Shown here piece after piece: positions 1-6,706 of a DNA stretch of 30,339 bases (positions are counted from its first letter, which is position 1; the number at the start of each line of letters is the position of its first letter). A program made the position numbers and the translations under genes. The notes under the pieces are model-generated. The model ran no database searches and was not told where the DNA came from. It saw only the letters and a program-made list of their open reading frames with translations. This stretch comes from an uncultured Ruminococcus sp. (lineage in GTDB: Bacteria > Bacillota > Clostridia > Oscillospirales > Acutalibacteraceae), in contig CAZIXG010000001.1 of assembly GCA_964543305.1 (NCBI GenBank), forward strand, positions 1-30,339. The letters are read 5' to 3'.

Positions 1-648
1 TAATTTAGGGATGCCGATTACCCTGCAATGAGTTAGTCTCTCCCCTTCTATAAGCTCCGGCTCATAATTAGCGTTAATCGGTACAAGCCGCATCCAGTCT
101 TCGCCCATTACATATTCCACTCGTTTTAAAGTAGCGTATTCATCATCATATAACACAGCGCCTACTTGGCCGCTGTAATTTAATGTAGACTGCTTTAGAA
201 CAAGCACCTTGTCGCCGTCTTGGTATGTCGGGTACATACTACTTCCCTTAACTCGCAGGACAACAAAATCTTTTTCATTGTGCCCCTTTAAATAAGAATT
301 TGGTACATCTATAATTTCTCCGTCCCATTCTTCTATGGCTACACTTTCATAGCCCGCAGCAATATCACCAAACACCGGGAAAGTGGTGTAATCCTCAGTG
401 ATGTTTGGTGAGGGGTATTTATCAGTTGTCGAGGCTCCTGTTATATCATCTGTCCAACACATTAAATATTCAGGAGGTACACCTAAATATATTGACATAG
501 CTTCAATTTTATCAGAAGGTATATTGGTTATAATATCATTTTCGTATTTATACATATTCTGTTTTGAAGTTTTTATTGCGGCAGCAAGTTCGGTTTGTGA
601 CATTCCTGCGTTTTCGCGTGCAAGTTTAATTCGTTGACCTTTTGTCAC
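1..648 (-). CDS. cI: CI-like repressor: N-terminal XRE HTH plus C-terminal S24/LexA autopeptidase (3' end runs off the window)
   Basis: Translated manually (absent from the ORF track). GTG at 648 follows SD GAGGTG. MTKGQRIKLARENAGMSQTELAAAIKTSKQNMYKYEND (HTH), GDIAAG (Ala-Gly cleavage site), LRVKGSSMYP (catalytic Ser), ATLKRV (catalytic Lys). Frame is open to base 1. Confidence 0.95.
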   Translation of the reverse strand, partial: MTKGQRIKLARENAGMSQTELAAAIKTSKQNMYKYENDIITNIPSDKIEAMSIYLGVPPEYLMCWTDDITGASTTDKYPSPNITEDYTTFPVFGDIAAGYESVAIEEWDGEIIDVPNSYLKGHNEKDFVVLRVKGSSMYPTYQDGDKVLVLKQSTLNYSGQVGAVLYDDEYATLKRVEYVMGEDWMRLVPINANYEPELIEGERLTHCRVIGIPKL

Positions 649-669
649 TCTAATCACCTCTTATCACAT

Positions 670-698
670 ATAATACAACACGCTCGGTAACTTGTCAA
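670..698 (-). promoter_or_regulatory. sigmaA-type promoter for cI (leftward)
   Basis: Minus strand TTGACA (698-693), 17 bp, TATTAT (675-670), about 20 bp upstream of the cI start. Confidence 0.8.
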
Positions 699-781
699 GA
701 AATATTTTTCTAAAAAACCGCAAAAAATTGCTTGACAAGTTACATATGGCGTGTTATACTGTTGGTATCTTAAAAAGTTAC
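687..781. promoter_or_regulatory. Three 17-bp repressor operators, consensus GTAWCTT-N3-AAGWTAC
   Basis: 687-703 GTAACTTGTCAAGAAAT, 727-743 ATTGCTTGACAAGTTAC, 765-781 GTATCTTAAAAAGTTAC. They overlap both -35 elements and the rightward start site. Confidence 0.75.
732..760 (+). promoter_or_regulatory. sigmaA-type early lytic promoter (rightward)
   Basis: TTGACA (732-737), 17 bp, TATACT (755-760); divergent from the cI promoter. Confidence 0.85.
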
Positions 782-817
782 TTGCCACATCGAATGTTCT
801 CGTGGGAGGTGAGAAAA

Positions 818-1048
818 TTGAAAATACTAATTAAATTAAATCACAAAGAAATTGCCGCTATCACAGGCAATAAAGACAGCGGCAAAAAAACAGTATTAGA
901 GCGGATGATGGAGAGATTTCAATATGTACCTAATTCAACTACTACCCTATCCGAACATTTTGAACCTATCGGCTCTCTGTCAGATTTATCCCAACTGTTA
1001 CAGACACAATTTGATGAAGAAGAACATAAGCAGCACCCAAATCAATAA
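818..1048 (+). CDS. Hypothetical protein, first gene of the early operon (76 aa)
   Basis: TTG at 818 after SD GGAGGTG, in frame with ORF 692..1048. Its 3' end overlaps a convergent gene. Confidence 0.5.
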   Translation: MKILIKLNHKEIAAITGNKDSGKKTVLERMMERFQYVPNSTTTLSEHFEPIGSLSDLSQLLQTQFDEEEHKQHPNQ

Positions 1049-1226
1049 TTTCGGTTTTTTCAAAGCTTTTCTTAAGTGGATATATCTTACATTCATCTAT
1101 TGCTATACATTTTTCACCATTAAGCTCTGTATATCCAGCGAACTTCCCAACATAAAACCCTATATTTGTAGTAACCATTAACTTTGTGTTTAAATCGGGT
1201 TGTTCAAACTTAATTATTTTATCCAT
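966..1226 (-). CDS. Hypothetical 86-aa beta-rich protein (possibly Sm-like fold), self-promotered antisense cassette
   Basis: SD AAGGTGGTG upstream; own promoter at 1249-1277. Confidence 0.7.
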   Translation of the reverse strand: MDKIIKFEQPDLNTKLMVTTNIGFYVGKFAGYTELNGEKCIAIDECKIYPLKKSFEKTEIIDLGAAYVLLHQIVSVTVGINLTESR

Positions 1227-1248
1227 TTAATCACCACCTTCCGAGGTG

Positions 1249-1277
1249 ATTATACCAAATTAAACCAATTATTTCAA
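1249..1277 (-). promoter_or_regulatory. Extended -10 sigmaA promoter for 966..1226
   Basis: Minus strand TTGAAA (1277-1272), 17 bp, TATAAT (1254-1249), preceded by TGG (TGn). Confidence 0.8.
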
Positions 1278-1294
1278 TTAAAGGAGGTGTAAAA

Positions 1295-1513
1295 ATGGTA
1301 AACAAAAACGAACTTTGCGCAGCAATTAAAAGAAAAGGATATACACATAAAGATGTTGCCATAAAACTTGGAATGTCCGAAAGAACTTTTAGCTCAAAGA
1401 TAAATAAGGGAATATTCGGCAGCGATGAAATTGAGCGTATGATTGATATTTTAGATATCAAAAAGCCTGTGCCTATTTTTTTTGACAAAACGGTAACTTT
1501 TAAAGATACTTAA
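1295..1513 (+). CDS. cro: Cro-like HTH regulator (DUF739-like)
   Basis: 72 aa, KRKGYTHKDVAIKLGMSERTFSSKIN HTH, C-terminal PIFF typical of Firmicutes phage Cro; SD AAGGAGGTG. Confidence 0.8.
   Translation: MVNKNELCAAIKRKGYTHKDVAIKLGMSERTFSSKINKGIFGSDEIERMIDILDIKKPVPIFFDKTVTFKDT
1482..1510 (+). promoter_or_regulatory. Secondary promoter with a fourth operator at the cro 3' end
   Basis: TTGACA (1482-1487), 17 bp, GATACT (1505-1510). Operator GTAACTTTTAAAGATAC (1493-1509) is 16/17 identical to the reverse complement of 765-781. Confidence 0.65.
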
Positions 1514-1548
1514 TCCTTTGTAAGTAACCTTAGGAGGTGAAAATAATA

Positions 1549-1845
1549 ATGAACAGACTATCAGCACTTAGAAAGAAAAAAGGCTTTTCTCAAGCGTACA
1601 TATGTAATCAGTTGGATATATCTGTAAAAACTCTTTATAACTACGAAAGTGGGAACTATCCTATACCTTCCGATGTACTTATAAAGTTTTCAGACCTATA
1701 CAAGTGCTCAGTTGACTATATGTTGGGTATAAAAAAACACACCACTCTTACCATAACGGATAAGAAAGGTGAGGTTGTAGCAGTTATTTCAGATAATGAA
1801 AGCATCGAACACGCTGATTATATATTCTTATATAGCGAAGATTAG
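1549..1845 (+). CDS. XRE-family HTH protein with a short C-terminal extension
   Basis: NRLSALRKKKGFSQAYICNQLDISVKTLYNYESG...CSVDYMLG. ATG 1549 chosen from SD GGAGGTG spacing. Confidence 0.85.
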   Translation: MNRLSALRKKKGFSQAYICNQLDISVKTLYNYESGNYPIPSDVLIKFSDLYKCSVDYMLGIKKHTTLTITDKKGEVVAVISDNESIEHADYIFLYSED

Positions 1846-2097
1846 CCTAAGTTGTTGTTTGTAGATTTATCCGGCTTTGAGCATGGTGTATCAACTCCGT
1901 TCATCTCACGAACATAGTAATTAGAATAATTTCCTCTTTTGATTTCAGTTACAAACTGACTTCTTGTCATGGTAGCGCCAGTGTAATTATCCACAAATCT
2001 TAAATTACGGCCGCTATCGCTTTCACTTGTAACTGTAATTCGTTTTCTTCCCATATGAGCACCCCCCTCCATAGAAAATGTGTGTTCGATGCTTTCA
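1797..2097. repeat. Perfect 16-bp inverted repeat flanking the DUF3892-like gene
   Basis: TGAAAGCATCGAACAC at 1797-1812 and GTGTTCGATGCTTTCA at 2082-2097. Confidence 0.9.
1842..2054 (-). CDS. DUF3892-like small protein (70 aa)
   Basis: MGRKRITVTSESDSGRN...MTRSQFVTEIKRG...PCSKPDKSTNNNLG; the C-terminal S.PD....NNL motif matches my recollection of DUF3892. SD GGAGGGGGG; its stop overlaps the convergent HTH stop. Confidence 0.75.
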   Translation of the reverse strand: MGRKRITVTSESDSGRNLRFVDNYTGATMTRSQFVTEIKRGNYSNYYVREMNGVDTPCSKPDKSTNNNLG

Positions 2098-2102
2098 GTA
2101 AT

Positions 2103-2131
2103 ATTTTACCATATATTGTGGTATGTTTCAA
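2103..2131 (-). promoter_or_regulatory. Extended -10 sigmaA promoter for the DUF3892-like gene
   Basis: Minus strand TTGAAA (2131-2126), 17 bp, TAAAAT (2108-2103), with TGG immediately upstream of the -10. Confidence 0.75.
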
Positions 2132-2220
2132 ATTTGAACACATTATATGCAATTGTGCAGTATGTATAAAAATTTCACATATTGGTATAAAGTAAATTTT
2201 ACAAAAGTAAAATAAAGTTT

Positions 2221-2256
2221 AATATACCACAACAGAACAAGCCGAACATTTGTTTA
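2221..2256 (-). promoter_or_regulatory. Candidate LexA (SOS) box over the -35 position of a leftward extended -10 promoter
   Basis: CGAACATTTGTTTA (2243-2256) fits GAAC-N4-GTTY; minus strand TGTGGTATATT at 2231-2221. Confidence 0.45.
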
Positions 2257-2375
2257 TTTTGACGAATTTGTGTATTTTTAAAAAATTTCTATTGAAGTTG
2301 AAAAAATCATTTTTCAAGTCGCAAAAGAATAATGAAGGTCAGAAAACAAAATCTATAGCAAAGGAGGTAATGATT

Positions 2376-2588
2376 ATGACAAGACAAGAGGCAAACGAAA
2401 TGCTAATTAAGCGTTTTGAGCAACTGAACGAGGTTGCTGATAGCTTTGACAGCAATGTTGCAGATATAAACCCAGAATCGCTGTGTGCTTTATGTGACAG
2501 CGCACACAAGCTTTATATCACCCTTAGTAACGCAGGTGCATTTGAGCAGGAACTTGATATGTCGGGCTCCAGTGGACTTATGAGCTGA
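2376..2588 (+). CDS. Hypothetical acidic protein (70 aa)
   Basis: SD AAGGAGGT then ATG 2376, within ORF 2250..2588. Confidence 0.7.
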   Translation: MTRQEANEMLIKRFEQLNEVADSFDSNVADINPESLCALCDSAHKLYITLSNAGAFEQELDMSGSSGLMS

Positions 2589-2624
2589 TTTTTCGGCTCT
2601 ACATAAAGAAAGGCAGGTGAATTT

Positions 2625-2885
2625 ATGCCGAAGACATATCTTACCTTAGAAGAAAGGCAAAAAGCTGAAATTAAAAAGCGCGAGGAAAGGCAAAATCGAG
2701 AACTACGCGCGCTTCTACATGACAAGGTGTACAGGAAATTAACTTACGATGTGATAAAGCTAAAAACAGGTCTTGGTTTTAACACTATCGGCAAGGTCGT
2801 AAATCATCCTGAAAACGCTACTGTGGCGCAACTTAGAGCGGTATGTGCAGCGGCCGGTATAGAGCTTACTATTTCAGCGGAATAA
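2625..2885 (+). CDS. HTH-like DNA-binding protein
   Basis: LTYDVIKLKTGLGFNTIGKVVNHPENATVAQLRAVCAAAGI resembles an XRE HTH; SD AGGTGA. Confidence 0.6.
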   Translation: MPKTYLTLEERQKAEIKKREERQNRELRALLHDKVYRKLTYDVIKLKTGLGFNTIGKVVNHPENATVAQLRAVCAAAGIELTISAE

Positions 2886-2923
2886 AAAAATCTGCCTCCC
2901 GAAGGGCAATTCGGAAAGGCAGA
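2884..2923 (-). terminator. Intrinsic terminator for a leftward transcript
   Basis: Minus strand TCTGCCTTTCCGAA-ttgccc-TTCGGGAGGCAGA followed by T7. Confidence 0.75.
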
Positions 2924-2940
2924 CAAAGAAAATATTAACT
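2884..2940 (-). ncRNA. Putative ~55-nt antisense small RNA
   Basis: Lies between a near-consensus promoter (2947-2975) and the terminator; no plausible SD-led ORF inside. Confidence 0.55.
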
Positions 2941-2946
2941 ACATAT

Positions 2947-2975
2947 ATTTTAGCAAAGAAAATTAAAAATGTCAA
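2947..2975 (-). promoter_or_regulatory. Strong leftward sigmaA promoter
   Basis: Minus strand TTGACA (2975-2970), 17 bp, TAAAAT (2952-2947), with TGC extended -10. Confidence 0.8.
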
Positions 2976-2994
2976 ATAAAAAGGAGAAAATGAA

Positions 2995-3282
2995 ATGTTA
3001 AACAAAAAAGTAATTGTTAGAGCAGACAGAGCGGGTGTATTTTTCGGTACACTCAAAGAAAAGAACGGCACAGAGGTAACACTGACCGATTGCCGCCGTT
3101 TATGGTATTGGGACGGTGCTGCAAGTATATCACAGTTAGCCGTTGACGGAACAACCAAAGGTCTTAATTGCAAATTTACAGTAGTTGTACCCGAAACTGT
3201 TATACTTGGAGTAATTGAAATAATACCTTGCACAGATAAAGCCATTAAATCAATAGCGGGCGTAGAGATATGGAAAAAATAA
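2995..3282 (+). CDS. DUF6948-like phage protein
   Basis: KVIVRADRAGVFFGTL...RRLWYWDGAASISQLAVDG...IEIIPC, recognised from memory as a conserved phage family; SD AAGGAG. Confidence 0.75.
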   Translation: MLNKKVIVRADRAGVFFGTLKEKNGTEVTLTDCRRLWYWDGAASISQLAVDGTTKGLNCKFTVVVPETVILGVIEIIPCTDKAIKSIAGVEIWKK

Positions 3283-3878
3283 AAGAATTTTTAAAAGTTG
3301 AACTCGGTTACGGTTCCGGTTACGGTGACGGTTCCGGTTACGGTTCCGGTTACGGTGACGGTTCCGGTTACGGTGACGGTTACGGTTACGGTTACGGTTA
3401 CGGTGACGGTATTAAAATTTTCAATGGTAAAAGAGTATATCAAATAGATTGTATTTCAACTATTATAACCCAAGTTAGAAATAATATAGCAAAGGGTTTT
3501 ATATTGAATGGTGATTTTACATTGACACCTTGTTTCGTGGTAAAAGGTCACAACAAATTTGCACACGGAGAAACACTAAAAAAGGCAACCGAAGATTTGC
3601 AAAATAAGATTTTTGAAGATATGGACACCGATGAAGCTATTGATATGTTCCTCAAAGAGTTCTCAGACCTAAATAAAAAGTATCCTGCTAAAGATTTCTA
3701 TGTATGGCACAACCGATTAACAGGTTCTTGTGAAATGGGCAGAAATTCATTCGTGAGAAACGGTGGTTATGACCTTGAAAACGATACCTTTACTGTACAG
3801 GAATTTATCAACATAACAAGGAATGCTTTTGGCAGTGATGTTATCAGGCAATTAGAAGAAAAAATCAAGGAGAAATAA
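3270..3878 (+). CDS. Gly-Tyr/Ser/Asp repeat protein with a globular C-terminal domain
   Basis: (GY/GS/GD)x17, then FAHGETL and WHNRLTGSCEMGR motifs; overlaps the upstream gene. Confidence 0.85.
   Translation: MEKIKEFLKVELGYGSGYGDGSGYGSGYGDGSGYGDGYGYGYGYGDGIKIFNGKRVYQIDCISTIITQVRNNIAKGFILNGDFTLTPCFVVKGHNKFAHGETLKKATEDLQNKIFEDMDTDEAIDMFLKEFSDLNKKYPAKDFYVWHNRLTGSCEMGRNSFVRNGGYDLENDTFTVQEFINITRNAFGSDVIRQLEEKIKEK
3306..3410 (+). repeat. Hexamer tandem repeat GGT(TAC/TCC/GAC) x17.5
   Basis: Read directly; only three unit variants, with no synonymous variation. Confidence 0.95.
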
Positions 3879-3879
3879 T

Positions 3880-4116
3880 ATGAACTACATATTTATCGAA
3901 GGGCTTGCAGTTTATGTGTTTGTGTTTTTGGTCGTAGCTCTTGCGTTAATAGGAATAGTGGGACTTTGGTACGGAGTTTCGGGCGATATAAAGCGGGACA
4001 AGCTTAAGGACGAGCTTTATCGTGAGCGGGAGAAGGTTATATCTCGTGACCGTGAGATAATGCGTTTGAAGCTTAAGTATGGCGAACTGCGGGCAGGTGA
4101 AAAAGTCGATGTATAG
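3880..4116 (+). CDS. Small membrane protein (N-terminal TM helix plus coiled coil)
   Basis: LAVYVFVFLVVALALIGIVGLWYG hydrophobic stretch; SD AAGGAG. Confidence 0.75.
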   Translation: MNYIFIEGLAVYVFVFLVVALALIGIVGLWYGVSGDIKRDKLKDELYREREKVISRDREIMRLKLKYGELRAGEKVDV

Positions 4117-4498
4117 ATGCGATAATTGTAAGCGCCATTTTAACGATGCGCACATAGTCGAGGAAACTCACGGCCTTGATACGCCGCCTTATGAAAGGGT
4201 TGCGGTATGTCCCTTTTGCGAATCAAGCGAATTTAATGAATTTAACCCATCGGTAGAAAAAATTGAGGTAGCTGAAAAACTGCTCGAAATAATCTTGGGA
4301 TTAAACAGATACACAGCAGCTCTCAAGGATATTTACGGTGTGCAGTTATCAAACAGCGACCTTGAAAATGCTCTTGGAACTGCCAGCGAATATATTAGCG
4401 AGCTTTATGATTATTTGCCGGCATCGGTAGATAACGCTATTATTCATGTTTCTTCCGAAGACGAAGCCCAAAGGATATTGCGATTTTTGGAGGATTAA
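4109..4498 (+). CDS. Zn-ribbon protein with a helical C-terminal domain
   Basis: MYRCDNC...CPFC; ATG 4109 after SD AGGTG. Confidence 0.75.
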   Translation: MYRCDNCKRHFNDAHIVEETHGLDTPPYERVAVCPFCESSEFNEFNPSVEKIEVAEKLLEIILGLNRYTAALKDIYGVQLSNSDLENALGTASEYISELYDYLPASVDNAIIHVSSEDEAQRILRFLED

Positions 4499-4501
4499 GA
4501 T

Positions 4502-4633
4502 ATGCGCATTGATGATTACATATCTTTCGATGAAATGCGGCTTATGGATGAGCTTAAGAGCAAAAGCCGTATGAAACAGGACCAAATTTTAGGAGAAGTG
4601 AAAAATGTTAAAATGCAAGGTTTGCGGAACTGA
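4502..4633 (+). CDS. Hypothetical 43-aa protein
   Basis: Manual translation MRIDDYISFDEMRLMDELK...GLRN*; SD GGAGG; fills the operon gap. Confidence 0.5.
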   Translation: MRIDDYISFDEMRLMDELKSKSRMKQDQILGEVKNVKMQGLRN

Positions 4634-4736
4634 ATTTGAAGAGCCGCTTATATCAGATGTGCCGTGCGAGGAAACGGCAGAGCCTGTGAACTGCTGCCCC
4701 GAATGCGGAGTTATCGAGCAGTTTGAGGAAATATAA
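4605..4736 (+). CDS. 43-aa Zn-ribbon protein
   Basis: Manual translation MLKCKVCGTEFEEP...CCPECG...FEEI*; SD AGGAG; stop abuts the next ATG. Confidence 0.7.
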   Translation: MLKCKVCGTEFEEPLISDVPCEETAEPVNCCPECGVIEQFEEI

Positions 4737-4955
4737 ATGGCTGAAAAGAGATTTGAAAGCGGCATAAGTGATTTTGTCCACTTTCCGCTAACGCTTGATA
4801 TAACCTTCCCTTTAGACCACAAGGGCAACGCGTATATTTGCTGCGAATACTGTCAGCTTTATACCGGACGAAAATGTGTGATAACAGAGGAGGTTATATT
4901 ACACCCCAATAATTATGTGGGCTTTAGATGCCCACTAAAGAAGGAGGAAGGATAA
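4737..4955 (+). CDS. Small Cys-rich protein
   Basis: CCEYC...C...CPL; translationally coupled on both sides. Confidence 0.7.
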   Translation: MAEKRFESGISDFVHFPLTLDITFPLDHKGNAYICCEYCQLYTGRKCVITEEVILHPNNYVGFRCPLKKEEG

Positions 4956-5561
4956 ATGGGAATACCCGTTTTAGTGCTCGGACGCAGCGGAAGCGGTAAA
5001 TCTGCTTCGCTTCGTAATTTTGAACCTGAGGAAATAGGCATATTCAATGTGGCAAGTAAGCCGCTGCCATTCAGAAAGAAGCTCAAGAAGGTTGATAAAT
5101 CGGATTACAAGGTTATTAATAAAGTTCTTGCCGAGCCGAAGCTAAAAACCTATGTGATAGATGATAGTCAATATTTAATGTGCTTTGAAATGTTTAACAG
5201 GGTTAAGGAAACAGGCTACGGCAAATTTACCGACTGCGCAAAGCATTTTTTTGACCTTATACAGAACATTATCAACAACACGCCCGAGGACTGCATTGTG
5301 TATTTTCTACACCATACAGAAACCACCGAAAGCGGAGAGGTTAAGGCAAAGACTCAGGGCAAGATGCTGGACAACCAGTTGACGCTCGAAGGGTTGTTTT
5401 CGATAGTTCTGATGTGTGAAACTGATGGCAAAAAGCACAGCTTTATAACACAAAGCGATGGAACCACGCCCGCTAAGTCGCCGATGGAAATGCTGCCACC
5501 TGAAATGGACAACGACCTTAAGGCTGTGGATACAGCAATACGCGAATATTACGAATTTTAA
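4956..5561 (+). CDS. AAA_24/Sak4-like ATPase (probable ssDNA-annealing recombinase)
   Basis: Walker A GRSGSGKS, Walker B YVIDDSQY; lies upstream of an SSB-like gene. Confidence 0.8.
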   Translation: MGIPVLVLGRSGSGKSASLRNFEPEEIGIFNVASKPLPFRKKLKKVDKSDYKVINKVLAEPKLKTYVIDDSQYLMCFEMFNRVKETGYGKFTDCAKHFFDLIQNIINNTPEDCIVYFLHHTETTESGEVKAKTQGKMLDNQLTLEGLFSIVLMCETDGKKHSFITQSDGTTPAKSPMEMLPPEMDNDLKAVDTAIREYYEF

Positions 5562-5578
5562 TAATAAGGAGAATAAAA

Positions 5579-6127
5579 ATGAAAAGTATTAACTGGAATG
5601 AAGTAGAAGAAGCAAAGGGCTTTGAGAAGCTGCCCGCAGGCGGGTATGTTTGCGGAATAACACATGTTGAGGACAAGCCCGACAAGGAATATCTTTATAT
5701 CGAATTTGATATAGCCGAAGGTGAATACAAAAACCGCTTCCGTGACCTTTATGAAACCAAAGGCTTCTGGGGCGCTCACTTTATCAAGAGCTACAAGGAA
5801 AAGGCTCTGGGCTTCTTTAAAAAGATGCTTACAGCGTTTGAGGCTTCCAACAAAGGATTTACCTTCAATAATGATGAAAAGGCTCTCAAGCGCAAGCTTA
5901 TTGGTCTTGTAATAGGTTATGAGGAATACATAGGCAACGATAACACCGTTAAGGAAAGAATTACCGTTACCGACTTTTTGCCCATTGAGGATATACACGC
6001 TGGCAAATTCACCGTTCCCGCACTCAAGAAGCTTTCGGATGATGAGTTTGATAGAGTTGCTGATAGCAAAGCAAGCACCAGATTTACCGAAGTTGACGAC
6101 ATCAGCGATGATGACCTGCCCTTCTGA
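5579..6127 (+). CDS. Phage ssDNA-binding protein (DUF669-like)
   Basis: LPAGGYVCGI...IEFDIAEG; acidic tail ending DDDLPF. Confidence 0.8.
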   Translation: MKSINWNEVEEAKGFEKLPAGGYVCGITHVEDKPDKEYLYIEFDIAEGEYKNRFRDLYETKGFWGAHFIKSYKEKALGFFKKMLTAFEASNKGFTFNNDEKALKRKLIGLVIGYEEYIGNDNTVKERITVTDFLPIEDIHAGKFTVPALKKLSDDEFDRVADSKASTRFTEVDDISDDDLPF

Positions 6128-6129
6128 TA

Positions 6130-6696
6130 ATGAGGAAATATTATACCGAAAAGCAGTATAAGCAGCTGCTTAGCCACCTTGTGATACTGTGCCAGACCAA
6201 CGAGCAGGTCAACGACCATATACTCGGTTATTTCGATGAGCACGGTATCCGTTACAGGCAGAAGGCCATCGGTGAGGGGGATTACGGCTTTATGATAGAA
6301 GCCGCCCCCGAGCTGGGGTTCCCTATTGATACATACTTTACCGATGAAGTGTTTATCGAGCGAAAGAACAGCCTTCAGGAGTTGGCGCAGTCGCTATACG
6401 GGCAGAAGAAAAAAAGAAGCAACGGCAGGAGCGAATATGATGATGCTTTCCGCCGCGAGCTTAAAAGGGCTATAAATAAAAAGCACAAATATTTACTTTG
6501 TGAGCAGCCTTCAGGTTGGGACGGAATACTCAACCACGACTACCCCAATAACTATTCCGAAAAGGCTTTTTGGGGGATGCTACACAGACTTGAGGTTGAT
6601 TACGGACTTCGTATCAAGTTTATATCGCGCGAGAATATGGCGCTTGAGATTTATACAATTTGTAAGTTTATTCTTGATAGTGAGATAGAAAGATAG
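6130..6696 (+). CDS. ERCC4/XPF-family nuclease
   Basis: GDY and IERK motifs of the ERCC4 active site. Confidence 0.8.
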   Translation: MRKYYTEKQYKQLLSHLVILCQTNEQVNDHILGYFDEHGIRYRQKAIGEGDYGFMIEAAPELGFPIDTYFTDEVFIERKNSLQELAQSLYGQKKKRSNGRSEYDDAFRRELKRAINKKHKYLLCEQPSGWDGILNHDYPNNYSEKAFWGMLHRLEVDYGLRIKFISRENMALEIYTICKFILDSEIER

Positions 6697-6706
6697 GAGG
6701 GATAAG

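Noticed and set aside
398..637. Plus-strand 79-aa ORF
   Set aside because: Antisense shadow of cI, with no SD.
692..817. 5' extension of ORF 692..1048
   Set aside because: Runs through the promoter/operator region; the SD supports TTG 818.
924..1488. ORFs 924..1181 (+) and 1231..1488 (-)
   Set aside because: They overlap better-supported genes and lack SD sequences.
1797..2097. Retron a1/a2 arms or IS ends as the explanation of the 16-bp inverted repeat
   Set aside because: No reverse transcriptase, transposase or target duplication is visible; the repeat is kept as an unexplained finding.
3306..3410. Possible CRISPR array
   Set aside because: Contiguous in-frame hexamers with no spacers.
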